Source: Thermoanaerobaculia bacterium
GTDB taxonomy: Bacteria > Acidobacteriota > Thermoanaerobaculia > Multivoradales > JAHEKO01
Direction: 5' to 3'
Assembly (NCBI GenBank): GCA_041574955.1
Contig: JBFGNS010000005.1
Location: 417 to 64,416, forward strand
Length of the DNA stretch: 64,000 bases
Notes under the pieces: model-generated
What the model was told of the DNA's origin: nothing
Databases searched by the model: none
The model's input: only the letters and a program-made list of their open reading frames with translations
Translations under genes and position numbers: made by a program
Part shown: positions 22,348-31,695 of the stretch, piece after piece
Layout: every line of letters begins with the position of its first letter
Numbering within the stretch: position 1 is the stretch's first letter

Positions 22348-23520
22348 ATGAACCGAATGCGAACCCTGGCGAGCCTCGGGGCACTGCTCCTGGCGATCCT
22401 GGCCCCCGTGGCTGCGACGGCGCAGGACGCCGCAGCAGGCTCGGACGACCACTACAAATGGACAGTGCGCGGCTACGGCGCCGGCATCAGCCTGCACTCC
22501 GACCCGCTGCGCGTCTCGGCCGGCCGATCGGACGGCTTCCGCGAGCAGTCCAACTTCCTGTTCGACTCCGGCGACGGCTTCGGCTTCGGCGTCGAGTACC
22601 ACTTCTCGAAGCGGCTCGGGCTCGAGCTGGGCATCCTGCTCGCCGACCTCGAGGCCGAGGTGCTGTTCGACCTGCTCGAGCCGGTGCCCGGCGGTGGGTT
22701 CGACATGGCCGCCTGGGTCATGGACGAGGCCGAGTTCGGGTTCAACCCGCTGTATTTCGGCCTCAACTACCACGTCTCGCCCGGGTCACGGGCCGATTTC
22801 TACCTCGGCCCGTTCGTCGCGCTGGCACAGTTCGACGACCTGAACTACACCGTGATCGGCGAGCGCAAGCGGCTGGCCCTCGACGACCAGACGGCCTTCG
22901 GCGTCAACCTCGGCCTCGATGTTCCGTTCGGCCGCAACAGCCAGTGGGCGGTCAGCGCCGGCGTGCGGCTGATGGACGTCTCGGCGGACGCCTCGGGCGG
23001 CAGCGTCGACCTCGAGCCGGTGATCGCCACTTTCGGGCTGGCCTACAGCTTCCCCAAGCCGGCTCCGCCACCGCCGCCGCCACCGCCGCCGCCTCCGCCG
23101 CCACCGCCGCCGCCGCCGCCACCGCCGCCGCCACCGCCGCCGCCGCCGCCTCCGCCGCCGCCGCCGCCGCCGGAGACGCCGGAGATCCGCGAGGTGGTGC
23201 ACTTCGACTCCAACAGCGCGCGGCTGTCGAACATCGCCAAGGCGAAGCTCGACGAGGTGGCGCTCAAGCTGAAGCAGGATTCGGCGCTACGGGCGCACGT
23301 GCTGGGCTACTCGGACAACCGCGGCTCGCAGTCGAGTAACGACCGGATCAGCCGGCAGCGCGCCGAGAACGTCAAGGCGTATCTGGTCGAGCGGCACCAG
23401 ATCGATCCCAGCCGCATCACCATCGAGGGACGCGGCTCGGCCGATCCGGTGGCCAGCAACGACACCGCCGCCGGCCGTGCTGAGAACCGTCGCGCGGTGA
23501 TCATCCTGCGCATCGAGTAA
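22348..23520 (+). CDS. OmpA family outer-membrane protein with polyproline linker
   Basis: 390 aa. Signal peptide, N-terminal beta-barrel-like region, about 36 consecutive Pro, and a C-terminal OmpA_C domain (VHFDSNSARL...GYSDNRGSQSSNDRISRQRAENV...NRRAVIIL). Confidence 0.85.
   Translation: MNRMRTLASLGALLLAILAPVAATAQDAAAGSDDHYKWTVRGYGAGISLHSDPLRVSAGRSDGFREQSNFLFDSGDGFGFGVEYHFSKRLGLELGILLADLEAEVLFDLLEPVPGGGFDMAAWVMDEAEFGFNPLYFGLNYHVSPGSRADFYLGPFVALAQFDDLNYTVIGERKRLALDDQTAFGVNLGLDVPFGRNSQWAVSAGVRLMDVSADASGGSVDLEPVIATFGLAYSFPKPAPPPPPPPPPPPPPPPPPPPPPPPPPPPPPPPPPPPPETPEIREVVHFDSNSARLSNIAKAKLDEVALKLKQDSALRAHVLGYSDNRGSQSSNDRISRQRAENVKAYLVERHQIDPSRITIEGRGSADPVASNDTAAGRAENRRAVIILRIE
23065..23172 (+). 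repeat. CCG/CCA/CCT tract encoding about 36 consecutive prolines
   Basis: 108 nt of uninterrupted Pro codons inside CDS 22348..23520. The antisense strand reads as a poly-Gly artefact ORF. Confidence 0.9.
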
Positions 23521-23544
23521 CCTCGACCCGGAGTTGTTCCTTCC

Positions 23545-23578
23545 GCCCCGCCCGGTTCGCCGGGCGGGGCGTTTTCTT
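23545..23578 (+). terminator. Rho-independent terminator after the OmpA-family gene
   Basis: Perfect 11-bp stem GCCCCGCCCGG-TTCG-CCGGGCGGGGC followed by GTTTTCTT, 25 nt after stop 23520. Confidence 0.8.
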
Positions 23579-23596
23579 GTGGTGCGCGGTGCAGGC

Positions 23597-24489
23597 TCAG
23601 CCGAGAGCTTCGCGGCGCAACGAGACCACCGCTCCGAGCAGTCCCGCACCGGCTCCCAGGGCGAGCAGCAGGAACGACTCCATGAGCGACAGGAACTGTC
23701 CCACCAGCACGGTGCCCAGCACCGCCGCCTCGCTCTGCGGCGCCAGCACCTGGAAGACCAGATAGAGGCCGGCGAGCGCGGCCAGGCCACCGGCCGCGCC
23801 CTGCACCAGGCCTTCGGCGTAGAACGGCCCGCGGATGTAGAACTCGGTGGCGCCGATCAGCCGCATCACGGCGATCTCGTCGCGGTACAGGTAGGCGGTG
23901 AGGCGGATGACGCTGGCGATCGTCAGAATCGCTGCCGCCAGCAGCAGCATCCCGAGGGTCACGCCGATCCCGCGGCACACCGCCACCAGCAGCTCGAGCT
24001 GGGCCAGCCAGTCGCGGTCGTCGTCCACCAGGTCGACCGCCGGATGGGACCGCAGCTTGCCGATCCACCGCCGCACCGGCTCGGCATCCGCCTGCGCCGG
24101 GTCGACGCCCACCTCGAGCGAGTCCGGCAGCGGCTCCTGGCTCCACTCGCGGATCAGATGCGACAGGCTGGGGAAGATCTCGGCGAACCGCTCACCAGCC
24201 TCGTCGGCCGTCACCTCGACCACCGTCTCGACGCCGGGGCCGCGGCGCACCTCGTCGAGCAGCTGCTCGCGCTGTCCGGCCGAAGGCGAGCTCTTGAGGT
24301 AGACGATCACCTTGGCCTCGCTGCGCCAGCCGGCGAGCATGCGCGCCAGGTTGTCGCTGAGCAGCAGGAACAGACCGCCGACGAACAGGCTGGTGGCGAT
24401 CGTCAAGACCGCCAGCAAGCTGACCTTCCAGCTCCGCCGCAGGTTGAGATAGGCCTCGCGCAGGAAGAACAGCAGGATCCGGAGCAGGT

Positions 24490-24493
<4 letters not shown>
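23597..24493 (-). CDS. ftsX: Cell division ABC transporter permease FtsX
   Basis: 298 aa from TTG 24493 (NLLRILLFFLREAYLNLRRSWKVS...), which overlaps the ftsE stop (TTGA). Four TM segments plus a periplasmic domain. The track ORF 23597..25810 is a read-through artefact. Confidence 0.85.
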
Positions 24494-25230
<737 letters not shown>

Positions 25231-25297
25231 GGTGGAGATCGAGTTTACCGAAACCCCGGCCGGCACACGCCGCCACCGGCAGGCTACACTTCGCGGC

Positions 25298-25900
25298 GTG
25301 AGGCCCCACCCGCTCGCCCTCTGCCTGCTGCTGGCGTGCGCCCCGGCGGCCCCCAACCTCGACTCGCCGGGTACCACGATCGTCTGCCTCGGCGATTCGC
25401 TGACCGCCGGCGTCGGGCGCGGCGACGGGCCTTCCTACCCCGAGCTGCTGGCCGCGGAGCTGGGCGAGAAGGTGATCAACGCCGGCGTTCCGGGCGACAC
25501 TGCCGGCCAGGCCCTGAGCCGCATCGAAACGGTGCTGGCCGACGATCCGTGGCTGGTGGTGGTGGCGCTGGGCGGCAACGACATCCTGCGGCGACTGCCG
25601 CTCGAATCCACCGAGCAGGCGCTCGCCGCGATCCTGGAGCAGCTGCTCGACGCGGGCGTGTCGCCACTGCTGATCGAGGTGCGCGGCCCGTTCGGTGGGC
25701 GCTACGCGCGGCTGTTCGACCGGCTCGAGGAGCGCTACGGCGTGCCGGTGCTGAGAGACGTCCTGCCGCGACTGCTGACCGATCGCCGGTTCAAGAGCGA
25801 CAGCGTCCACCTCAACGCTGCCGGCTACCGGCGGCTGGCCGAGGCGGTGGCTGACGAGGTGCGGCCGCTGGTCGAGCTGCGGCGCCGGAGGGCGGCGTGA
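25298..25900 (+). CDS. SGNH/GDSL hydrolase, TesA-like arylesterase/lysophospholipase
   Basis: 200 aa from GTG 25298. Signal/lipobox-like LALCLLLAC. Catalytic block IVCLGDSLTAG, then GGNDILR, and a DSVHLNAAGY block at the C-terminus. Confidence 0.8.
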   Translation: MRPHPLALCLLLACAPAAPNLDSPGTTIVCLGDSLTAGVGRGDGPSYPELLAAELGEKVINAGVPGDTAGQALSRIETVLADDPWLVVVALGGNDILRRLPLESTEQALAAILEQLLDAGVSPLLIEVRGPFGGRYARLFDRLEERYGVPVLRDVLPRLLTDRRFKSDSVHLNAAGYRRLAEAVADEVRPLVELRRRRAA

Positions 25901-26616
25901 TCGCGGCGCGCACCGCCACCGGCCACGCGCTGTGGAGCGACAGCGACGGCGACGTGGAGGTCCGCTTCGTGGGACGCGGCGCCGGCGACGATCGTCAGGA
26001 GCTCGCCCGCCAGGCCGGCGCGGGCCGCCGGCAGGTGGCCTGGAACCGGCAGGTCCACTCGGCGCGGGTGCTGCCCGCCGCCGCCGGCTGCTGCGGGGAG
26101 GCCGACGCCCTGGTGACGGCCGACCCGTGCCTGGTGCTGTCGGTGGTCACCGCCGACTGCGTCCCGGTGCTGATCGGCGGCGACGGCGCGGTGACCGCGG
26201 TGCACGCCGGCTGGCGCGGAATCGCCGGCGGCGTGGTGAGCGCGGCGCTCGAGCGGCTCGGCCACGGCGCTCCCACCGCAGCCGAGCTGACCGCCTGGCT
26301 GGGACCGGCCATCGGGGCCTGCTGCTACGAGGTGGGCAGCGACGTAGCGCGGCGCGTGGCGCGGGCCTCGACCGAGGCGGCGATCGTGGCGGTGGACCAC
26401 GGCAAGCCGCACCTCGACCTCGCCGCCGCGGTCACCGCGCAGCTCGACCTCGCCGGCGTGCGCACCGTGCGACGGGTCGACGCCTGCACCCGCTGCCGGC
26501 CCGACCTGCTGTGGAGCTACCGGCGCGACGGACCCCGCGCCGGCCGCAACCTGGCCCTCGTCTGGCTCGAGCGGCCCGCGTCCGGCGGTGCCGGCGGCGG
26601 CTCGCGCAGACGCTAA
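25897..26616 (+). CDS. pgeF: YfiH/PgeF family (DUF152) peptidoglycan editing factor / laccase-domain protein
   Basis: 239 aa. GTG start overlaps the previous stop (GTGA). ADALVTADP...TADCVPVLI...VHAGWRG motifs. Confidence 0.85.
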   Translation: MIAARTATGHALWSDSDGDVEVRFVGRGAGDDRQELARQAGAGRRQVAWNRQVHSARVLPAAAGCCGEADALVTADPCLVLSVVTADCVPVLIGGDGAVTAVHAGWRGIAGGVVSAALERLGHGAPTAAELTAWLGPAIGACCYEVGSDVARRVARASTEAAIVAVDHGKPHLDLAAAVTAQLDLAGVRTVRRVDACTRCRPDLLWSYRRDGPRAGRNLALVWLERPASGGAGGGSRRR

Positions 26617-26900
26617 CGGCGCCGCTTGAGCTTGCGCGTCGGATCGATGCCGATCGAGCGCAGGAAGCTCAGGTCGCTGCCGTCGATCTTGAACACCGGC
26701 GGCTGAGGCGACTTGCGCTGGCGGGTGAGCTCGAGCGCCGCCGCGCTCTCGCTGTCCTCCGACGGGTCGACCACCAGATAGAGCGACCAGCCTTCGCGGT
26801 GGATCTCGCGCACCGCCTGGTGCGCCTCGGCGGACTGCGCCAACGCTCGCGACAGCGCGCCGCGCAAGTTGAGCAAGAGCTTGTGCAGCTTGGCGTCCAA
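26613..26900 (-). CDS. Hypothetical small protein
   Basis: 95 aa, TTG start, high GC3. Its stop overlaps the pgeF stop on the opposite strand (CTAA). No family recognised. Confidence 0.45.
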   Translation of the reverse strand: MDAKLHKLLLNLRGALSRALAQSAEAHQAVREIHREGWSLYLVVDPSEDSESAAALELTRQRKSPQPPVFKIDGSDLSFLRSIGIDPTRKLKRRR

Positions 26901-26992
26901 GGTCTAGCCTCGAGCGATCCGGTTGGCGTTCCGCTGGCTGGATTATCCTTGGCCCGCCAGGGGCTGTCAAACAACCACCCGATCGACCGCTC

Positions 26993-27985
26993 ATGCCGCG
27001 CTCCGAGACCGACCGAGCTTCGATACCCGCCGGCCTGGGCGACTGGCTGGCGCGCCACGACCATCCACCGGACCGTCTCCTGCCGCTCGCCGGTGACGTC
27101 TCGGCCCGGCGCTACTGGCGCTCGTGGAGCACCGCCGGTTCGGCGATCGTCGCCGTCTACCCGGCCGACATGCAAGCCACCTGCGAGCGCTTCCGCGCCA
27201 CCAGCGTGCTGCTCGAGGGCATCGGCGTGCGCGTACCCCGGATCCTGGCCGCCGACTGCGAGCGCGGCTGGATGCTGCTCGAGGACGTCGGGGAGCTCAC
27301 CCTGTACGAGCTGGCAGGCGACGACGACCGCCAGCTGCGACGCCGGCTCGACCGTGCGATGAAGACCGCGCGGCGCATCGCGGCCCTGCCGCGCGGGTCG
27401 GTCGCCGCCCTCAACCCGGCGCTCGACTCCGCCCTGCTGGAGCGCGAGCTGGCGCAGACCTGGAGCTCGTTCCTGGCGCCGCGCGGGCTGACCGGCGAGG
27501 CGGCCGATGCTGCCGGCCTGAGCGCCGCCTTCGAGCAGCTGTGTCACCGGCTGGGCGAGCTGCCGGCGGTGCCGTGCCATCGCGACTTCATGGCGCGCAA
27601 CCTGGTACCGCTGGCAACCGGCGAGCTGGCGGTGCTCGACCATCAGGACCTGCGGCTCGGCCCGCCGCTCTACGACCCGGCGTCGCTGCTCAACGACAGC
27701 CTGTTCCCGCCGGCGGCGGAAGTCGCCGAGCTGCTGGCCGGCTACGGCATCGAAACGCCCGCCGACCTCGCCGCCTACCGCCGGGCGGCGGCCCAGCGCG
27801 GCCTCAAGGCGGTCGGTACCTTCGCCACCTTCGCGGCGCGCGGCAACCGCCGCCACCTGCACCTCATCCCGCCGACGCTCGGCCGCGCTCTCGAGCACCT
27901 CGAGGCGCTCCCGGAGACCGCCGCCGCGGTGGCGCCGCTGGCCGACCGCTGGCGCGAGCTGATCGCGGCCGGTCTGCTAGACTGA
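26993..27985 (+). CDS. Phosphotransferase-family kinase, AmgK-like (anomeric MurNAc/GlcNAc kinase candidate)
   Basis: 330 aa. [41 protein letters not shown] and [17 protein letters not shown] resemble AmgK-type aminoglycoside-phosphotransferase-fold kinases. Confidence 0.65.
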   Translation: MPRSETDRASIPAGLGDWLARHDHPPDRLLPLAGDVSARRYWRSWSTAGSAIVAVYPADMQATCERFRATSVLLEGIGVRVPRILAADCERGWMLLEDVGELTLYELAGDDDRQLRRRLDRAMKTARRIAALPRGSVAALNPALDSALLERELAQTWSSFLAPRGLTGEAADAAGLSAAFEQLCHRLGELPAVPCHRDFMARNLVPLATGELAVLDHQDLRLGPPLYDPASLLNDSLFPPAAEVAELLAGYGIETPADLAAYRRAAAQRGLKAVGTFATFAARGNRRHLHLIPPTLGRALEHLEALPETAAAVAPLADRWRELIAAGLLD

Positions 27986-28004
27986 GCTCTGGAGGCGTTC
28001 TCCG

Positions 28005-28163
28005 ATGCCGGGATTCCAGGAGCTGCTAGTCATTCTGCTGATCGTGCTGGTCATCTTCGGCGCGTCGAAGCTGCCACAGCTCGGGCGAGGCCTGGGCGAG
28101 GGTATCCGCAACTTCCGCCGCGGTCTGAAGGACGGCGACAAGAACGACGGTACCGAAGGCTAG
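28005..28163 (+). CDS. tatA: Twin-arginine translocase subunit TatA/E
   Basis: 52 aa, absent from the ORF track because it is under 60 aa. [51 protein letters not shown] 10 nt upstream. Confidence 0.85.
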   Translation: MPGFQELLVILLIVLVIFGASKLPQLGRGLGEGIRNFRRGLKDGDKNDGTEG

Positions 28164-28936
28164 CTCTCGAGGATGAGCCAGTCCAGGTCGCCGGTGCTGC
28201 GCCAGGTGTGCTGCAGCTGGCCGACGTAGCTCGCCAGCACCTTGCGCACGTAGCCACGCGTCTCGACGAACGGCGGCACGCCGGCGAAGCGCTGCACGTT
28301 GCCGGGTCCGGCGTTGTAGGCCGCCAGCGCCAGCGCCAGGTCGCCATCGAACTGCTCCAGCAAGGCGGCCAGGTAACGGGCGCCCAGCTCCAGGTTGGTT
28401 GCCGGATCCAGCGGGTCGGCGCTCGCCGAGAACAGCGCCGCGGTGTCGGGCATGAGCTGCATCAGGCCGAGCGCGCCCTGCACCGATACCGCGCGAGGAT
28501 CGAACCCCGACTCGGCTTCGACGACCGCCGCCAGCAGCAGTGGATCGATGCCGTGCCGGCGAGCGGCCTGCCAGATCAGCGCCCCGAACGGCAGTTCGTG
28601 CACCAGCTCACGACGCACCTCGGCGCCGGCGTAGCTGCGGAACAGCTCGAAGCTGCGGTGTCGGGCGCGTACGGCGCTGGCGAGATCGCCGCGGCCGTAC
28701 GGCTCGGTGCCGCGCAGCACCCAATGGGAGAGCTGCTCGAGCACCTTGACCTCGGCCGCCGAAGGCCCCACCGGCCGAGGGTCGGGGCTCGCCGGGCTGC
28801 CCGGAGGCGAGTACAGGACCACCGCCAGGAAGGCCACGGCCCCGCACAGCTGCCGAACGAGCGGCAGGCGAGCGAGGGCTGGAGCGATGCTGGTCGGCTG
28901 GTTCATCCGGCTACACGACGGGCCGCGAGGGCGCAT
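28160..28936 (-). CDS. Lytic transglycosylase (SLT domain) with signal peptide
   Basis: 258 aa. [27 protein letters not shown] (catalytic Glu) and [10 protein letters not shown]. Stop overlaps the tatA stop. Confidence 0.85.
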   Translation of the reverse strand: MRPRGPSCSRMNQPTSIAPALARLPLVRQLCGAVAFLAVVLYSPPGSPASPDPRPVGPSAAEVKVLEQLSHWVLRGTEPYGRGDLASAVRARHRSFELFRSYAGAEVRRELVHELPFGALIWQAARRHGIDPLLLAAVVEAESGFDPRAVSVQGALGLMQLMPDTAALFSASADPLDPATNLELGARYLAALLEQFDGDLALALAAYNAGPGNVQRFAGVPPFVETRGYVRKVLASYVGQLQHTWRSTGDLDWLILES

Positions 28937-29011
28937 CTGGGCTGTTTCGAAGTAGGGGGGCCCGCCGCCGACGGGCCAGACAGGAGCGGCTGCTCCAGGC
29001 GCCTATTCTAC

Positions 29012-29027
29012 AGCAAATCGAGTGCCA
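29012..29027 (-). promoter_or_regulatory. Sigma54 (RpoN) -24/-12 promoter candidate for the lytic transglycosylase gene
   Basis: The minus strand reads TGGCAC-tcgat-TTGCT, an exact core consensus match. It lies in a 222-bp intergenic region, 76 nt upstream of start 28936. Confidence 0.6.
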
Positions 29028-29157
29028 ATCCCACCCCCCCGCGCGGCCTCGGCGACACAGGCCCGAGGCCGGTCGCGCGGCGGGTCCAGCCGACGTCGAC
29101 GGCCGCCACCGGAGCGGGCGTCAAAACGACCCGCCGCCACTGCCACCCTGGCGGCGC

Positions 29158-29478
29158 TCAGACGGTCCGGCGGCGGCGCACCGCGCGGCCGGTGTAGTCC
29201 TCGCCGGAGATCCCCAGGTTGCAGACCTTGTTGCGCAGGGTGTTGCGGTGCACGCCCAGCGAGCGGGCCGACTGCGTGAGGTTGCCCGAGTGGCTCCTCA
29301 GAGACGCGACGATGAACTGCTTCTCGAACTCGCGGCGCGCCTGCTCGAGCGGCACGCCTCGGTGCACCAACTCGTCCACCAGTTCACACAGGCGGCCGTT
29401 GAGATTACGGTTCCGCGATGCCACGACGCCGACCCCCGATCCAAAGACGTCAAGAGGAGGGTGCAGAGGGTACCACAT
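29158..29478 (-). CDS. Small Fis-type helix-turn-helix DNA-binding protein
   Basis: About 106 aa from ATG 29478; a longer start would overlap the upstream gene. C-terminus FEKQFIVASLRSHSGNLTQSARSLGVHRNTLRNKV is an HTH_8/Fis motif. Start uncertain. Confidence 0.6.
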   Translation of the reverse strand: MWYPLHPPLDVFGSGVGVVASRNRNLNGRLCELVDELVHRGVPLEQARREFEKQFIVASLRSHSGNLTQSARSLGVHRNTLRNKVCNLGISGEDYTGRAVRRRRTV

Positions 29479-29551
29479 CCGCCGGTCGGCGCAAGAGCGA
29501 ACCACGCCGCCGGGCAGGCCACCGGCGGCTCGGGCAAAGAGCGAGCGGCGC

Positions 29552-30718
29552 CTACTTGAGATCGAGCCGGTCGCCCACCTGCACCAGGTAGCGCGACTCG
29601 ACAACCTTGGCCAGCGAAGTGCGGTCGCCGACGGTCAGCACCGCCAGCTCGCCGATCACCATCGGCGGCAGATCGCCCCGGTTGAGGCGGTAGATGGTGT
29701 AGATGTCGCCGGGCGTCACGTCGTGCGCCGAACCGCGATCGATGAACACCATGTGGCCCTGGCCGATCGCCACACGATCACCGTCGGACAGCGCGATGAT
29801 GGCCGCCGACTCGAGCTCGGTCGCCGAGACCGGATCGTTGACGCCCCGCATCCCGGTGCGCCGCGCCAGCGGCACCGGCACCCGCTCGAACGGCTTGAGC
29901 GTGGAGCCGACCTCGATCGGATGGCACGAGTGCACGATCTCGCCGATCGCCGTCGTCTCCTGCACCGACAGCAGGCGCACGCGGCCGAGGTACTGGTAGG
30001 CGCGGCCCAGCAGCTCGTCGCTGTAGGCGTGCCGCACCAGCCGCCCGGGACGCACCGCCGTGTACAGGCTGCCGGGCATCAGGTCCTGATCCATGCCGGC
30101 GTCCAGGTAGACGATGTCGCCGAGCGCCAGCCCCAGCTTGGCGGTGAGCGGCGTGCCGGTCGCGGTCTGTCGGCCCCACGTCCGGTTCCTAGGATCGCCG
30201 ACTTCCAGGCCGCTGTACTCCGAGCCCACGATGCGCAGATCGAACTGCTCGTCGGCGTCGCCGATGTAGCCCGTGCAGTAGATGTCGTCGGCGCCGCCGA
30301 GCGCCGCGGGAGGACCGGTGGCGCCGGCGAAGCGCGACTCGGCTGTCGGCTCCGGAGCCTCGGCCTCCTCCATCCCGGTGGCCAGATCGGACAGCTCCTC
30401 GACCGGGGTGACCTCCATGCCCACCACCAGCGGGTCGCCGGGATAGATCCAATGGGCGTCGAGGATGTAGCGGTTCTGCTCCCAGATCTGCGGCCACAGG
30501 TACGGGTTGCCGTAGAAGCGGCCGGCCAGATCCCACAGCGTGTCACCGCTCTGGATCAGGTACAGCTGCGCCCCTTCTGGAAACTCGGTGGGCGGCTGCC
30601 AGGCCGTCCAATGGTCCCCTACCTGCCGCAGGTTGGTCGGCGGGCGCTGCGCGATGGCGGCCGAAGACACCACCAGGACTACGATAAGTGCTAGGAGTTG
30701 GTGTCGCGAAGAAGCCAT
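29552..30718 (-). CDS. LysM peptidoglycan-binding domain protein
   Basis: 388 aa. Signal peptide LLALIVVLVVSSAAIA. LysM motif YLIQSGDTLWDLAGRFYGNPYLWPQIWEQN. Confidence 0.8.
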   Translation of the reverse strand: MASSRHQLLALIVVLVVSSAAIAQRPPTNLRQVGDHWTAWQPPTEFPEGAQLYLIQSGDTLWDLAGRFYGNPYLWPQIWEQNRYILDAHWIYPGDPLVVGMEVTPVEELSDLATGMEEAEAPEPTAESRFAGATGPPAALGGADDIYCTGYIGDADEQFDLRIVGSEYSGLEVGDPRNRTWGRQTATGTPLTAKLGLALGDIVYLDAGMDQDLMPGSLYTAVRPGRLVRHAYSDELLGRAYQYLGRVRLLSVQETTAIGEIVHSCHPIEVGSTLKPFERVPVPLARRTGMRGVNDPVSATELESAAIIALSDGDRVAIGQGHMVFIDRGSAHDVTPGDIYTIYRLNRGDLPPMVIGELAVLTVGDRTSLAKVVESRYLVQVGDRLDLK

Positions 30719-30776
30719 GTCGAGACCTCCCGTCTCACCGACCGACAGGCCGGAAACGCCGCTGGATCAGCGATCC

Positions 30777-30805
30777 AAGCTACCCCCTTCTCCTTCACTT
30801 GTCAA
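30777..30805 (-). promoter_or_regulatory. Sigma70-type promoter candidate for the LysM gene
   Basis: The minus strand reads TTGACA-N17-TAGCTT, about 59 nt upstream of ATG 30718. Confidence 0.4.
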
Positions 30806-30819
30806 GCTTTAGCGCCGAT

Positions 30820-30842
30820 AAGTTCAAGTGAAACTTGAACTT
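30820..30842. promoter_or_regulatory. Perfect AT-rich inverted repeat AAGTTCAAGT-gaa-ACTTGAACTT (regulator site or cpoB terminator hairpin)
   Basis: 10-bp arms with a 3-nt spacer. It overlaps the cpoB stop codon and lies 15 nt upstream of the putative LysM -35 box. Confidence 0.4.
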
Positions 30843-31695
30843 ATGCACCGCCGCCGCCGACCCGCTCCTCGGCCATAGCCGCGGCGGCGGTGCCCGGGTA
30901 GCTCCGAATCACCTCCTGATACCCGGCGCGCGCGCCCGTCTCGTCCCCCAGCCGGCGCAGGCAGTCGGCCGCTTTGAGCAGGCTGTCGGCGACCTTGTTG
31001 CCGGTCGGGTAGCGCTCGCTGGCCTCGCGAAACGCCGCCAGGGCACCCTCCAGGTCGCCGCGCGCGAACCGGCTCTCGCCGATCCAGTACTGGGCGTTGT
31101 CCGACAGCGGGCTGTCGGGATAGCTCTGCAGGAAGCGGCGGAAGCTGGTCTCGGCGTCGACGTAGCGGCCCTGGTGGTACAGCGTGTAGCCGCGGTCGTA
31201 GAGCGCCTGGGCGGCCTCGGTCACCGGCTGCTGGCCGGCGGCCGGCGGCGGGACGGCAGCCGCGGGCGCGGTGGACGGCGGCGGCGTGGCGGCCGACGGC
31301 GCTGTTGCGGGCGGCGGGCTGGCAGCCGGCCGCGCCGGGGTGGGTGGCAGATCGGAGACCTCGATCATCGACTCGTTGTCGCGCCCCGCCGGCTCGGCGG
31401 CGGCGGACGGCGCGGGCGGCGAGGCCGGCGGGACGGCCGGCGGCCGCCGGGCCGCCGGGCTCGAGCCGGGTGGCGCGACCGTGCCGCCCGCCAGCCGGGC
31501 CTCGAGCGCCGCCAGCTCGTCGCGCAGCCGCTCCAGCTCGACCCGGGTCATGGCCGCGGTCCGCTGCAGCTCGAGGATGCGGCTCTTGATCTCGGCGAGC
31601 TCGTCGGGGCTGGCACCGCGGTCGGTGAGCAGCGCCGACGAGCAGCCGCCGGCCGCCAGCGCCGCCACCAACAGCGTGATCGGAAAACGCCTCAT
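30841..31695 (-). CDS. cpoB: Tol-Pal system protein YbgF/CpoB (lipoprotein form)
   Basis: 284 aa. Lipobox LAAGGC, coiled coil (IKSRILELQRTAAMTRVELERLRDELAALEARL), Pro/Ala linker, and C-terminal TPR (YDRGYTLYHQGRYVDAETSFRRFLQSYPDSPLSDNAQYWIGE). Confidence 0.8.
   Translation of the reverse strand: MRRFPITLLVAALAAGGCSSALLTDRGASPDELAEIKSRILELQRTAAMTRVELERLRDELAALEARLAGGTVAPPGSSPAARRPPAVPPASPPAPSAAAEPAGRDNESMIEVSDLPPTPARPAASPPPATAPSAATPPPSTAPAAAVPPPAAGQQPVTEAAQALYDRGYTLYHQGRYVDAETSFRRFLQSYPDSPLSDNAQYWIGESRFARGDLEGALAAFREASERYPTGNKVADSLLKAADCLRRLGDETGARAGYQEVIRSYPGTAAAAMAEERVGGGGA

Noticed and set aside
23043-23267. 74-aa ORF with a long poly-Gly run
   Set aside because: It is the antisense reading of the polyproline tract inside the OmpA-family gene.
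29491-29506. Sigma54-like TGGTTC-gctc-TTGC upstream of the Fis-type HTH gene
   Set aside because: The GG..GC spacing is 11 nt, one short, and the site is only about 13 nt from the proposed start codon.
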